Shown: positions 12,831 through 26,185 of the stretch, piece by piece | Numbering within the stretch: position 1 is the first letter of the stretch | Layout: every line of letters starts with the position of its first letter | From: Camelus dromedarius | Taxonomy: Eukaryota | Direction of reading: 5' to 3' | DNA length: 64,000 bases | NCBI RefSeq assembly: GCF_036321535.1 | Contig: NC_087447.1 | Location: forward strand, 42,782,001-42,846,000 | Made by a program: the position numbers and the translations under genes | Notes under the pieces: generated by a model | What the model was told of the DNA's origin: nothing | The model's input: the letters and a program-made list of their open reading frames with translations, nothing else | Database searches by the model: none

Positions 12831-13645
12831 CAGTGGTTTCCAAACTTTCTCAGTTCGTGGATCTTTAGTGTTTTAGTAATTTTTCACAGTGCCCATAGGC
12901 TAAAAGAAATAACCTAAGTTTTATTTATTAAGTATTCAGATGTAAACTACTTAGTAAGTGCTTATATCTTAATAACTGAGTAGGCATTTGAAAAAATTAT
13001 ACACATAAATTGAAAGGAAACATATTTTTAGAGGAGGGTTGGGGGGTGGGTGAAAGAGGTGAAGGGGGATTAAGAGGTATAAACCCCCTGTTATATATAA
13101 TACATAACTCCTGAGGATGTAATATACAGCATAAGGAATATGGTCAATAATACTGTAATAACTGTGTATGGGGACAGATGGTTACCAGGCTTATCGTGGT
13201 GATCATTCCATAATGTATGCAAATATCAAATCACTATGTGCTACACCTGAAACTAACAATATTGTACATCAATTTCATTTCAAAATATTTTAATTTCATT
13301 CTTAAATAATCACAATCACTAACTTACGGAATGTACAGGGCACTGCACAACATCTCACATCTTGGAATCATTGAATTGAATACTGCCATCCCCAGTTCCT
13401 GTTCCACACTGCTTTTCGCATGGTTATTGCTTTTTATCACAGCAGCTGCTGAAAACCCAGCTTCATAAAGAAGTAACATCATTGAAAATAGTGTAGAGCA
13501 ATCTAATGTTAAAACTGTGAACTCAGAGGGTGTCTGACAAATGTTGAGTATTGCTCTTATTTCCCTCAAACAGTTAAAGTCTCTTGCATCACTTCTGTGA
13601 GCTCACTGCGGTCCTCTAGGGCACCTCAGCACACAGGCTGAGCCA
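12831..13645. mobile_element. hAT-Charlie DNA transposon remnant (Charlie4-like), split by an L1 3' fragment at ~13031-13283
   Basis: Starts cagtggtttccaaactt (Charlie-type terminus). The inner segment has L1 3'UTR text (gatgtaatatacagcata...acacctgaaactaa) flanked by atatttt repeats. Confidence 0.6.
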
Positions 13646-14617
13646 CAGAAGCCAGGTAGCACTTGCTTTATTTAAAGGAGGAAAAAGAGTCAAATTCCGT
13701 TCTCATCATAACCATTAAAGAAGTTGGACAGATGGGTGGACGGACTCCCCTTATCTTTAGTCTCAGTTCCAGCGGGACTGCATTTTTAGGGGAGAGCCTT
13801 TCTTTGACCAGGATTTCTGTGTTTGTGCCTCCATCCCCAGATAGGGAAGAATGATAAGGAGAAAAGGCCTGAAGATCAGCAAGGGAGGAGCATCTCTTAT
13901 ATTTATTTTGTGTTGATTCGGGGCCCTCTGAACTGGATGGCTTACAGAAAATGGGATTTTAACACCAAGAATTTGCAGGCCAGGCATGAGACCACTGCCA
14001 ATATCCTTTTTTAACTGTCCAGACAGAGCAGGGCTGCAGGGGTTTACTTGGGATGGAAGATGGCGTCCTGCCGCAAGATATGACAGAGACCAAAGGACTT
14101 ATGTGCTCTGGTTTCAATTATAGAGCTCAGTGCCAACCCCTCCATACTCTGGGGTCTGCCACTTACTATGAAACCCTGGGCAAATTGCTTACCTGAACCT
14201 CAGTTTCTTTGTCTGTGAAATAGAGATAATGTCAGCTATGTTAATGAGATAAATGCATACTTAGAAGCAGCAGAGCCTGGCTGTACACATGCACTTTCTT
14301 CTACTACCTTCCAAAACTGAGACTTTTCTCCAAAGAGAAATCCACCCCTAATGGTTCTGTCCAAGATCTGAAGGTTGAGAGTTACCCTTCTTCCTGAAAA
14401 CTTTGCTCTCTGATCTGATGTTCCCAAATCTGCTGAGCTCTGTAACCTGTGCACTCACTCTGAAGCTTCCTTTTTCACTCTCTAAATGGTATTTTTTCAT
14501 GAACAGAGTTCTTATTTAGTGTTCTTATTTAATTTATCAATAGTTTACATTATGGTGGTTGCTTTTTGTATCCTGTTCAAGAAATCTGAGGCCTGCTTCA
14601 AGATCTCCTTGGCTTTT

Positions 14618-14748
14618 TTTTTCTTAGGAGGAGGGTAATTAGGTTTTTATTTACTTATTTGTTTATTTAATGGAGGTACTGGGGATTGAACCCAGGACTT
14701 TGTGCACGCTAAGCATGGACTCTACCACTGAGCTATATCCTCCCCCCA
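14618..14748 (-). mobile_element. tRNA-derived SINE, Vic-1-like (camelid)
   Basis: Minus strand reads GGGGAGGATATAGCTCAGTGGTAGAG...GGTTCAATCCCCAGTACCTCC, then a (TAAA)n tail and polyA (A and B boxes present). TSD CCTTGGCTTTT at 14607-14617 and 14749-14759. Confidence 0.88.
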
Positions 14749-15644
14749 CCTTGGCTTTTGCTTTTTTTTTTTTTTTTTTTTTCTCCTTTTCTGTTTGCAG
14801 TGTTCTTCTACCTTCTTTATCTTCTACAAGTCCTGCAAGACTCAGCCCAGTGTCACTTCCTGTCTCCTGTGGAAGCTCTCCCCCGTGTCCACCCTGTCCA
14901 CCTGATCAGGTGTCCTTCTCCTTCTCTCAGAGCTCTGTGTTCATACTTCTGTCACAGCTCCAGTTACATGGTACCAGAACCTTTTCTTTACTTGTCTGTC
15001 TCAGGCAGGATGGGGAACTGCTCAAGGGCAAGGACCAGAGCATAGCACAGTAGCATGGGGGCCTGGCTGGGAAGGTGCCCTCAAAGGGTTCAAGTAAGTA
15101 AACAAATGGAAGTCTTAGGTGCCCACACTTGTGTCTCTTTTTCTTCTTCTCTGATGGTATTTCCCCACCTTTTCTTAAGCTGTGCCCTCTTTTGTTGAGC
15201 AGAAAGATCTTCCAGGGAGACTGAAATGCTCCCCCCAGAGAGTATGCTGCAGATTTAGAGTTAACTACCTTACAGTGCTTCCGAGAGGGCTGATCAATAG
15301 TGTCTAAACAGTAGACATCAGGAAAGGAAGGTCTTAAAATTCATGCAGCTTCAGAGAAGGACCCTTGCACTTTATAATAAGAATATAAAGTAATATATTA
15401 AGAATGTAATGTAATCTTTGCGGAGAGCACTTTCAGTTGTTCTTGGGCTAAAGCTGCCCTTGCGCTGAATCTTTTGGGTGTTCAGAGGATGTGGCCCCCT
15501 TTTGAATTTTCTGAGTGGGTGTGCTTGCTGCTGGTAGGTCAGACTCTGAACTGGGAAGGCTCGTGGGGTTGGAAGATGGGCCTGGATGGTGGAGCTATTC
15601 ACTCTCTCAAGGTGGGACCACTCTGAGCTGATGGCAGATGTTTT

Positions 15645-16180
15645 TTCATTAAAAAATATTTATTGAGGGCCTACTGTGCACCAGGGTCTGTCCTAGGCAC
15701 TGAGGGTACAGCTGTGAACAAAAACAAAAGTCCCTAGCCTCATGGAGCTGATATAAATATAGTAAATAAATTGTGGAAAGAAAAGCAGAATGTTAGATGG
15801 TGATAAATGCTATGGTAAACAGAAAAAGGGAGAGCAGGAGTGCTGAGGGGGCTGTGGGGTAGAGGAAGGTTTTTTTTAAGAGCTTCAGTAAGAAGATGAT
15901 GTCTGACCAGAGACTTGGGGGATGAGGGAGCAGGCTCTCTCAGTGGAGTATGCTCCAGGTACAGGAGACAGCAGGTCTGGAGGCCCGGAGGTGGAATGTG
16001 CCTGTGTATTAGAGGAAATGATAAGGAGGCAGTGTCGCTGGTGGGGAAAGAGTAGTTGAAATGAGGTCAGAGATGTCATTGGGACCCAGATGATGAAGAC
16101 CTTGTAGGTCATTTTTTGGCTCTTGCTTTAAACAATTGGGAGTCACGTTAGGGTTTTGAGCAGAGAAGTGACAAGATCTG
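15645..16180 (-). mobile_element. L2 fragment
   Basis: aaatatttattgagggcctactgtgcaccagg...ctaggcactgagggtacagctgtgaacaaa...ggttttgagcagagaagtgacaagatctg. Confidence 0.8.
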
Positions 16181-19100
16181 CACTGTTGCCAGTGGTGGTG
16201 AATGTGATGGTGGTAGTTTATTGAGGGTCCATTCTGATTGTCTATTTTCTCAGTGAAATAGGAAACAAATTTGGCTAAGAGAGTGAGGACAAGGAAAGAA
16301 GTCTTGAGGCTGAGAGTTGGAGGAAAGTTAAACTCTTGGCCCAAAGGCTTCAAGTGTGTTCCCTCTTGGTTCTGAATGTCTTCTGTTTTTTTATACATGG
16401 CTTCTTACTGGTCTTCATGTTCTCATTATAGAGGTGGGGTATCCTTCCTTTGCTGCAGATAGGAAACTGAGGTATCCAGACTGGGTCTGTCACTTTAACC
16501 CTTCCTATTTCCTTCATCTTCTGAGAAGGTCAGCTTGTGGGTGGTGTGTTTTCCTGGAGCAGGGCAGGCATCTTGAGTTCAGCTAGACTGGAGAGCATGG
16601 GAAGGGTGAGAATAAGGTCAAGATTTAGTATCAGAAAAGGCTTCAGAAAGAAGTTGACGTTTGAACTGGGTATTTAAGAAGCAGTGTGGGTGGAGGACTT
16701 GAAGATGGAAGGAATTGGTTGAATAAAAGCTTGGAGGCATGAACATTCCTGGCATGTGCAGGACGTGGCAGCCTGCTGTGAGTGGCCTAGGGAAGGCACT
16801 CGTGTGAGATAGGTCTGCGGCCTCGGAATCATCATGATTACAGGACCCACCGGGTTCTTCTTGCCAAAGTGAAAGAGGGCAGGACTCTGCAGGGTGGACT
16901 GGGCCTCTGATCTGGGGACAGAGTGGGCTCCATCATCCTGGCAGAGCTGGGTTAAGCCGCTTGCTGAGAGGCTGAGAGGCAGGCAGAAACAACTATGTCT
17001 AGGTTTTTAAAACTGTCTTGGAAACAACCAGATTTCCTTTGGCCTGGAATTGCCTAACGAGCCCTCACCCCATTTCAGGCTTTCAGGAAATATTTAAACC
17101 CAGCTTCAAACCTCCATAGAATCTGTACTGAAGTGGAGAAGGACCATCTGGCAGGAAAAGAGATTGAAATGGTTGAGGTTGAAAACTCAAACTTAAAGGC
17201 CTCTTTGGGGAGGAGAATTGGGAAAGAGGATGTGGGAGTTGATAAGTGGACAGTGAAGAGATGGAAATAGAGCTTAATTTTTTTCTGGTTATTATTCAAC
17301 AACAACAACAACAACAAAAATCATCTTTTTTTGTTGCTGGTTGAGGAGGATTTCAGCCTCATAGGGACTTGTAAAAACACCCGGAAATTCTTCTGGTCTT
17401 TAGCAAAACAACTCTTGGTTCCACTCCATGTGATCAGGCTCATAATCCCCTTGACATTTTTGCTTGAAGGGCTTTCTGGACCTAGACTCTCAGAACCTGG
17501 GGCTGGAATGGAAGTGATCCAACGTACAAGGTATGTCAGAGCACTGACTGAGGAAAGGTGTCGGGCGCCTTGGAGGGAATTAGGGGATAGACTTGAGAAA
17601 AACCTTCCTGGCTCCATTTTAAAGCTTTTGATACCCATCCACCCAACCTCTGAGCCCACTGTCTCCCCTTTCCCTTGTAATCCCTTATTTTTAGGCACAA
17701 CAGAGCCAAAGACAAGGTTGTGGGCAGAGAACCAGTGAGAAATGAATCAGGAAAGGAGGAAAAAGGGAGGTGGAGGAGAAGAAAGCCTGCATGAATGAGA
17801 TGAAGGCAAGTTTCCCGGGAACAGCCTTTCCTCATGGGTGTGTCAGATGAGAACCTGTGGTTGCAGTAGGGTTCTGAAAGATAATAGGGGCACTAGGGAG
17901 GAGGTTGAAACTCTTGAGACAGACAGGATTGGCTGAGGGGTGGGAGGAAAAGGCCTGTGGTTGACAGTCCAGCTGGGTGGCAGCTATAGGTGGAAAACTC
18001 CCTTCCGTTGGTTTTTTAGCAGCCATGACTTTGGGGAGTGAACAGGTGCACCTTTAAAGCTTAGGCCAGTGCTAGAATTTCTAGGGCCTTTTGTCTTCCT
18101 TGCCTTTGACTCCTTGGGGGCCTCCTTTGCCATCAGTTCACAAGTCAGTTAACATTTATTTGTGTGCCTTTTATGTGCAGAACTTTCTGCCGTGTTCTGA
18201 GTATTGTTCAAAACATGGAGAAGAACTAACTGGCACTGCCCTGTGGCTTTCTCAGCCGTGGGTGGACAGAGTGGGCCACGATGTCAGGAGACCTGGGGGG
18301 TGGCTCAGTTTCCTAGGAAGGCCAGAGAACAGAGAGGCTGTGCAGGTGAGCTGCTAGGGCAAGGCCCGAGCTGTTAGTGCAGCGGAGCCATGAAGGGTAA
18401 ACACAGCGCCTCCCACCCAGCCCAGCCCAGCCCAGCCCAGCCCAGGGGCACCTGCAGGAGAGAAAGGAAGACTCCAACGCTCAGGCTTTTGAGAACTCTG
18501 GTTTAGGTGCTTAGAAGGAGCTCTTTCTAACGATGACCCTCCTTGAAACTTCACAGTGCCAATATTAGTTGCTGAGAGACTCTTGGAGGAAGAAATGAAA
18601 GACCTAAGCTCTCCTCTGGGGGAGCTGCCTGTCTGTTCCTTATCCCCTGGCGGGGCCTAGGGCTGAGGAAAGGCTGCAGGAGGGAGTCAGTAAGGAAGTG
18701 AAAAGGGTCTGGGGAGGTGTTCTTTGGGCAGAGCGAGTTTCCAGGCTGACTCCTGGACAGGCGGACCACTGCTGTACAGAGCTGCCGAGTCCGTGGGCTG
18801 AAACCAGGTTCTCAGGGCACAGCAGAGCTCAGTTCCCCTCCCGCCTTCTCCTTCCCTCCACGCTGCTTCCTCCGCTGTTACTTCCGCACCAGAGATTGCT
18901 TAGGAAATCAGTGAAATGTAGGGTCGGGAGAAATTCTCTCGTGTGGTTTAGAGGTCTCCTTGGTCGGTGTGTTGACTTCTTACCTGAACTGGTGAAGCAA
19001 AGTGCTTGGCAGTGTTCCCTCTGGGTGACAACTGACACTAACCCCAGCACAGCGGGAGACTTCCTCCAAATGCCGCATCTGTTCCTCATCGCCCTCAGGG

Positions 19101-20269
19101 TTCACATGCCTCCTTCCTCAGGGGCAGGGTGGACCGTAATTAAGCCTCCAGAAAAGTACCACACATTTAGAAATGTCACCTAAACAAGGGAAAACTGTTT
19201 TTTGCTCTAGGAAGGTTCATTCTCAGAGGCTGGGCACTCCTTATAAGAAGCTCCTTTCAGAGACTGGTCTTTAATCGGTCCCTTCTCAGACCTTGGAGAT
19301 TGTGTCTATGGATCGGGTGATGAGACTGGATTGTAGGGAGAGGGAGTGCTGAGGGGGCTGGAGAGAGCATTGCAAGATGAAGGCTGGCCTGAGCGAAAGC
19401 TTGGAGCCTTCCAGAGGGCCTCTCCTCCAGTGGCAGTGAGGGGGATAGATGAAGGGTTTTGGGCAGCCAAGAGGCAGTGTCCTGACCAGGATGGGCTTCT
19501 CAAGCCCAGCCCCCCAGGATGCTTTGTGTGGCTGCTTCCGGTGCCCTGCCCGCAACCCTCCCCTGCTGGGACCCAGGCTAGGGTGGTGGCTCTCACCTGC
19601 CGACTAGGAGAGTCAGGGCCCAGAGCTGAGTGAAGCTGGCCAGCTGTAGGCTTGGGTGGGGGGGGAGGTAAACTGGAGAGAGCTTGCTACATCTAGATGG
19701 ACTGCCAACTGCTGCCGTGTAGAAAGGTAGATGGTGATGGCAGATTTCTAATTTTTCAAGAGAAACTAGAATCTGAATTTTTATTTGTGTTTTATATGTA
19801 CTCACAATTTTTAAAATGTTTGACAACTAATTCAGTTTTTTAAAAACATAAAAGGAAGGCCAAATAAGACATATTTTTGCTCTTGCAAACCACCTGTTAA
19901 TGTCTTCAGGTATAAACCCTCTTCCCCAGGAGTTTGGAAGGGATGGAAGTGTGAGCGGAGCAGCTGCCAGCTACCAGGGGTGGGCGGCGGGAAGGGGTGT
20001 TTTGAGATACAGGAACTGAGAGCACACTGAAGACTGAGGAAACTGTTTAGAGGAGACCGTGATAATGCTTCCACTGGGTCCCGTGATGTGCCTGCTCCTT
20101 TGTCGTTGAGGGTCGATGGTTCTGTGCAGGTTGAAGAAGCTGGGGGTGTGGGAGAAGAGGGGCCGAGTGTTCATCTTTAATTTGCTCACAGCTGGGCAAA
20201 CTCTTGGGAAGATGGTCAGTGGTGACCCTTCTTACCTCTCCAAGGCCTCAGAGAGCATGCTGTAGGACA

Positions 20270-20820
20270 CAGGTTTTCACAGTTACGGGTGTATAAGACT
20301 AGCCAAAATGCTTACTGAACATGCACATCCCTAGGCTTCATCCCCACAGATTTTGGATTCCTGTTCAGGAGGGGGAGCTGAGGCCTGGGACTCTGAATTT
20401 TTAACAAGCACCCCTATCAATGTTAAGGAGAGTAAGTAGACAGTAGAGTCAGACAGAGCTGAGTCCACATTTATGCCCTCTTCCTTCACTAGGTGAGTGA
20501 TCTTGGGCCAGTTATCAATCTCTCTGAACCTAAATTTCCTCATCGGAAAATTGAGTCTGTGTTATCACTACCTCAGAGAATGGTGAGAGCTGAATTAGAA
20601 AGTGACTGGAGGCAGTGCTGAGCCTGACTCAGAGCTGAGGCTCCGGACAGGCCACCTAGGCTGAAATTCCTGCCTTGTCGCTTTCTAGCTGTGTGACTTG
20701 GAGCAAGCGATTTAACTGCTCTGTATCTTGGTTTCCTTGGTAACGTGTAAATAATAATAGTACCCCCTTCTTAGGGTTGTCACAAGGATTAAATGATTTA
20801 ATCCTTTAAAATGCTTACAA
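20270..20820. mobile_element. MER5A-like DNA transposon (~20270-20415) followed by two MIR fragments
   Basis: ggcctgggactctgaatttttaacaagcaccc (MER5); gtgatcttgggccagttatcaatctctctgaacct and ctagctgtgtgacttggagcaag (MIR core). Confidence 0.7.
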
Positions 20821-23264
20821 CTTTAACCATTATAATTATATAAAGAATCTGGCAGCACCTCTCATAATAAACGTACATTTGCTTTCTTTAAGTCCTCTTA
20901 CTGTGGCTAACAAATAGGTTAAGGCTTACTTTCAAATGTCACCTCTCTATAAGGCCTTCCTGGCATCTACTTTTTACTTCACTTTTCTCCCTTTTTACAG
21001 TTAGCTTCTCCAGGGCAGGGACTGTGTCTGTCCATTTTTATATCCTAGTGCCTTGCATAGTGCCTCTCATACAGTAAATGGATTGGAGGGGAGTGCAGGG
21101 AATCCAAAAAATGACTAGCTTGGGAATGAAGAGGGTGCCTTCCAAATACCTAGAGAAGCATGATCTGGAAGAAAAACATTTATTAAGCTTCAGTGTACCA
21201 GAATAATGTTATGTGAGGTAGGTCATGTTATCATTATTGCTCTTATGGTCTTCAAAACTCACGTGTGAAATGATACTTGACTAGGGCTCACTATAGGCAG
21301 GGCTGGACTTAGTTATCTGACTCCAAGTCAGGTGTGCTTCCCCCTGTACCTCCGGAACCTGGGACTGTGGTCTCTCCATCTCAGTACAGAGTTTGTAGAA
21401 GAGTTCTAGTGGTACCTTACTATGTTAATTTCTCTGGCTTGTAACTCTTCAGATAGTTGTCTGTAATTTGTCAGAGCTGAGTTTTTGAGCAATTCATGAT
21501 TGGTGGTAGATGCTAATTGAACAATTTCATTTTCCAAACATGTAGTTTTTGCCTGGATTTTGCCATTGGTGGGCCTGGGAACTAATAAAACAGCCTCTCT
21601 TCCCCGACACCTAGCTTCTCTGCGCTATCCCCAGTGGGTATTTTCTTTGCTTGGGAGCATCTTCTCTCATTTGAGTCAGACTAGCCAAGGTATCAGGCTG
21701 AAAGCATAGATGACAGCCTGGGGTTACTCTTAGGACATTGAGGGAAGCAGTGTTCCCTGTTCCCCAGGAAGCCAACCATGCAGCGAGCTCACGTCTGAGC
21801 TTCAGGTGTAAAGGGTTAGTCTGGTCCTCAGTTCCTCAAGCTACTGGGTTATTTCCTGACCCTGATAGACCTGGCTAGAGAGTGCAGGTGGGCAGGAGCG
21901 CGCTGAGTTGGCATCTCTGACTTAGCTGGCCCTTCTGTGATTGTCAGCCGTGTCTGCCCAAGACACCTTAACTCCTGGCTAATCTCTTGCAGAAGTGTGA
22001 CCAAGGGTCACTGCCATGGGCCTGGTGGCAGTTTTGATCTACTCCTCTCTTGGTTGCATCTTCCCAGGATTTTTCTTCTTGCTCCAAGCAAATATCACAG
22101 TGATCTACAGTTTTCCTTCTTACTAAGTTGGCTCTGTGTTCTCATATTCAACTATATGATAGCATTTCAGAGCAGTGGGTCCACCTCCTTAGGTTGGAAA
22201 TTCAGGAAAGGAAGAAATGTATTTTTCATCATGTTCTTTTAATATATTTCAGCTTCTGGTCTTTCCATAGATCTTCTGTCCTTTCCCTGAGGGCCTGCCC
22301 TGGAGCTGGTGGAGCATGTCCAGTGTTGTTTTGGTGGGTTCCAATGGTGATCGGGACTGTTGTTACCATGGGCATGATTGAAAGCTGGTGCTTAGCAAGT
22401 TGATTCCTTGCAGCACTGTGCTCCTTAAGGACCCTGAGAACTGGCCTAGGAAAGCTTCCAGAGGCTGTTTCTTCCTTCCCTTCTTCCTGTTGCACATGTA
22501 GCCATATGCCAAGCGCTTAATTTGGTACTGGGCTGGTGCAAGTAAAGAATATCTCACCAGAGTCAGTATGCACAGGTGCTCTGGTGGCAGGATTGAATCC
22601 TCGTCTTCCTCTTCTCCTTCCTCCCCATCACTAACATGCTGGTATACTTAAATTTATAGAGATTTTTTTCTCCCAATAGGTAGGGATGGTTTTTTATGAA
22701 GAATAAAAGTGAGGCTTAGGGTTTGTTTTGTTTTTCTAAAAGCATCTGTGGGATTCACCCTGGAGGGATATTTCATTGCTGTCACCATCACCTGCCATCA
22801 CCTGCTGTCTGCTTTCTCCCTTTCTAGCTCCCACTTCACTCACTAACACTATCACCAAAACAATGGCCCTTGAGAGCCTGCATGAAATTAAAGAAATCAG
22901 ATGTAGTGCATTTCATGTTGAAATTAGGGAAGAGTTATAAATGATATCAGGAATTAGTTTTTGCCTTATTTTGATCATCAACACCAATTGCTTAATTGTA
23001 CCAAGATAATAAATAGGATGGTCACAAGGATTAAGGTCCTTAGTGGCATAAATAAATAGGTTTAACTTTCATACCCAAATATACTTCTTTTTGGTCAAGG
23101 TGACAAGAATGCCAGAGTGAGAACTGCTGTTCCTGCACCATTCAGCTTCCGTGAGGGTGTAGCCCCGGCCAGAGTGCACATTCATGTTGCAAATATGTTT
23201 GGTATATCATTTATTTTCTCTTACATCTACTCTTAAAACGATTTTTTTTTTTTGCCTGTAAGTT

Positions 23265-25165
23265 TTAACATTTATATTGATATATAATTCTCATACCATA
23301 AAATTCACATATATAAAGTGTACAATTCATTTGTTTTTAATGTGTTCACAGAATTCTGCAACCCTCACCACTATTGAGCTAATTGCAGAACTTTTTTTTT
23401 TACCCCCCAGAAGAAACACCATACTCATTGCAGTTACTCTTCATTCTGCCACCCTCAACCCAACCCTAAGCAACCACTAATTTATTTTCTGTCTCCGTAG
23501 ATTTGCCTATTCTGGATATTTCATAAAAATGGCATCAGGGTTCATCCATGTTGTAGAATATATCCTTTTTATGTCTGAATAATATTCCATTTTATGGATA
23601 TATCACATTTTGTTAATGCATTCGTCCATTGATGGACATTTGGGTTGTTTCCACTTTTTGGCTACTATGAATAATGCTGTTGTGAACATTTGTACACATA
23701 TTTGTGTGAACTTGTTTTCATTTCAAAGGTGGATCATGCTGAGTCATATGGTAACTGTACGTGTCACTTTCTGAGACACTGCCCAACTGTTTTTCAGAGT
23801 GACTGCACAATTTCACATTCCCACCAGCAGTGAATGAAGGCTCTAATTTCTCCACAGTCTCACCAGCACTTCTTTTTATGTGTCTTTTTGATTATAGCCG
23901 TTCTGGTGGTGTGGAGTAATATCTCATTGTGGTTTTGATTTCGTGTTCCTAATGACTAGTGATGTTGAACATTGTATCATGTGCTTGTTAGCCAATTTTA
24001 TGTCTTTGGAGAAATGGCTAAATCCTTTGTCTACTTTTTAATTGGATTCTGTGGTTTAGTATTGAGTTGTAAGAGTTCTTAATATATTCTGGATACAAAT
24101 TGCTTAGCAGATATATATGATTTGCAAGTAATTCTCTCATTCTGTGGGTGTCTTTTTACTTTCTTACGGTACTTTTTACAGCACAGAAGTTTTTTATTTG
24201 ATATAATACATTTATGTCTTTTTTTCTTTTGTTGCTTGTGCTTTTGGTGTCATATCTAAGAAACCATTGCCTAATCCAGTGTTACAAAGATTTTCTCTAT
24301 ATTTTTTTCCAGGCTTTGCTTTTGTAATTTTAACTCTTACATTTAGGCCTATGATCCATTTTTCCTTTTTTTTTTTTTGATATGGTATGAAGATGAGGGT
24401 CCTGCTGTATTCTTTTGCATATGAATGTCTGCTTGCCTGATCACCATTTGTTGAAAAGACTCTTCTTTCTCTCTTGAATGGTCTTAGCATCCTTGTTAAA
24501 AATCAATTGGCCATAAATGTATGGGTTTATTTCTCAACTCTCAATTCTATTCCACTGATTTCTATTTTTATTCGTATGCCTGTACACAGTGTCTTGATTA
24601 CTGTGATTTTGTAGTATGTTTTGAAATTGGTAAGTGTGAGATCTCCAACTTTATTCTTCTTTTTCAAGATTGTTTGCTTTGGGTCCTTTGCATTGCCATA
24701 AGAGTTTAGTATCAGCTTGTCAATTTCTGCATTTGGTGGATATTCTGTTCAATCGGTAGATCAGTTTGGGGAATAGTGCCATTTTAGCCACTTTGAGTTT
24801 TCTGATTGTGAATGTAGGATATCTTTCTATTTATTTATGTCTTTAATTTCATTCAGTGATGTTTTGTAGTCTGTAGCCTATGTCTTGTGTTTCTTTTGTT
24901 AAATTTATTCCTAAGTATTTTATTCTTTTTGCTGCTATTATTAATGGAATTGTTTTTCTTGGTTTCATTTTCAGATTATTCACTGCTAGTGTATAGACAG
25001 AAAACTGATTTTTAAAATATTACTTTGTATCCTGAAAACTTGCTTGATTTTGCATGTTAGATTAAGAGTGTTTTAGTGGTATTGCTAGTATTTTCTATAT
25101 ACAAGATCGTATCGTCTGCAAATAAGAGGTAATTTTACTTCTTCCTTTCCAGTCTGGATGCACCC
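23265..25165 (-). mobile_element. Old L1 (L1M-type) fragment, 3'UTR plus decayed ORF2 3' part, ~1.9 kb
   Basis: AT-rich with typical antisense L1 text (ccattgatggacatttgggttgtttccact, cccaccagcagtg, ttgttgaaaagact). ORF 24212..24490(-) has ORF2-like fragments (GNGFLDMTPKAQATKEK). Confidence 0.9.
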
Positions 25166-26105
25166 TTAAGTTTTAACCTTTTTCTTCCTTTCATTATTTT
25201 AGCATAAAATAATGTTTCCTAAAGCATAGTGATATATTAGCTAACTATATATATATGGTACATGTATAGACATTTTTCACATTGTAAGTAGTTAAATACC
25301 TTAAAGTGTATTAATTTTATTTTCATAGGTGTTGAAAATATGATAGTTCATAATTTTATGGTGTTGGCTCAAATGTCACTTTATCAGGATGTTCTTCCCT
25401 GAACATCCTATTTAAATAGCAGATATTCACTCACCCTCTATCTTGCTTCGTTATTTCTTCCTACCACTTATCCCCATGCCTGTTGTACACAAATGTACAC
25501 TGTGTATCAAACGTGTGATGTGTGCACTTATCGTCTATTTCCGTCCACTGGGACGTAAGCTCCATGGGAGCAGGGACTGTCTCACTCTTTGCTGGATGGC
25601 AGTGCCTAGGACATGGGTACTCAGTAAATATTTGTCCGATGAATGATTAATTGTTTAGAACAAGGTTAAATATTTTAAGAAAAGCGAGTCAGTTTCAAGT
25701 TGATTCAAGAAACATATTGTCTGAATAGTTGTTCAGAAGGCATGCAAATACGGCAAAATTCATAAAGGCTGTGTGGCATGCCAGGAGTTTGGGAAACTCT
25801 AACTTAAGAAATGAGAAGAAGCAGAATGGAAAAGGAGCTTTTAAAATCATTTTTCTGAAGTGATAAGTTATCTGTTAGCTCACAGACCCTTCCCCAACCC
25901 AGATCAGGGATCCCTTGTGGCTCTTAACCTATAACACATGAAATTAAGTATATGTGGGAAAGTGGTTCCTGCTACCCACCACAGAAACCCTGCTGGCACT
26001 TTTGGAGGTCATCTGGAAATGTTTGAGGTACTTTTGGCTGCCCATGGAAACTTGGCTTATAGATCATGTCTTCTTTGCAGGGCTCTGTGTTTGCAGAGAG
26101 CAGAA

Positions 26106-26185
26106 ATGACCATGACTGCCAACAAGAATTCCAGCATCACCCACGGAGCTGGAGGCACTAAGGCCCCTCGGGGGACTCTGAGCAG
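26106..26185 (+). CDS. DENND2B: DENND2B/ST5 first coding exon (exon starts ~26081; MTMTANKNSSITHGAGGTKAPRGTLS-R)
   Basis: Translation matches the ST5 p126 N-terminus as I recall it. Acceptor ttctttgcag ends at 26080, ATG at 26106, donor AG|gtgagt after 26185 (phase 2). Confidence 0.96.

Noticed and set aside
14670..14748. tRNA-like sequence with A and B boxes (also ~32115-32180 and ~41150-41227)
   Set aside because: Each copy has an AT-rich tail, polyA and a target-site duplication, so these are SINE heads, not tRNA genes.
24212..24490. ORF resembling a reverse-transcriptase protein C-terminal region
   Set aside because: Decayed L1 ORF2 remnant with stops and frameshifts; not a functional gene.
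25938..26080. In-frame ATG 25938 extending the first coding exon by 56 aa
   Set aside because: It lies upstream of a good acceptor at 26080 and I see no promoter evidence; probably intronic, although 5'RACE could overturn this.
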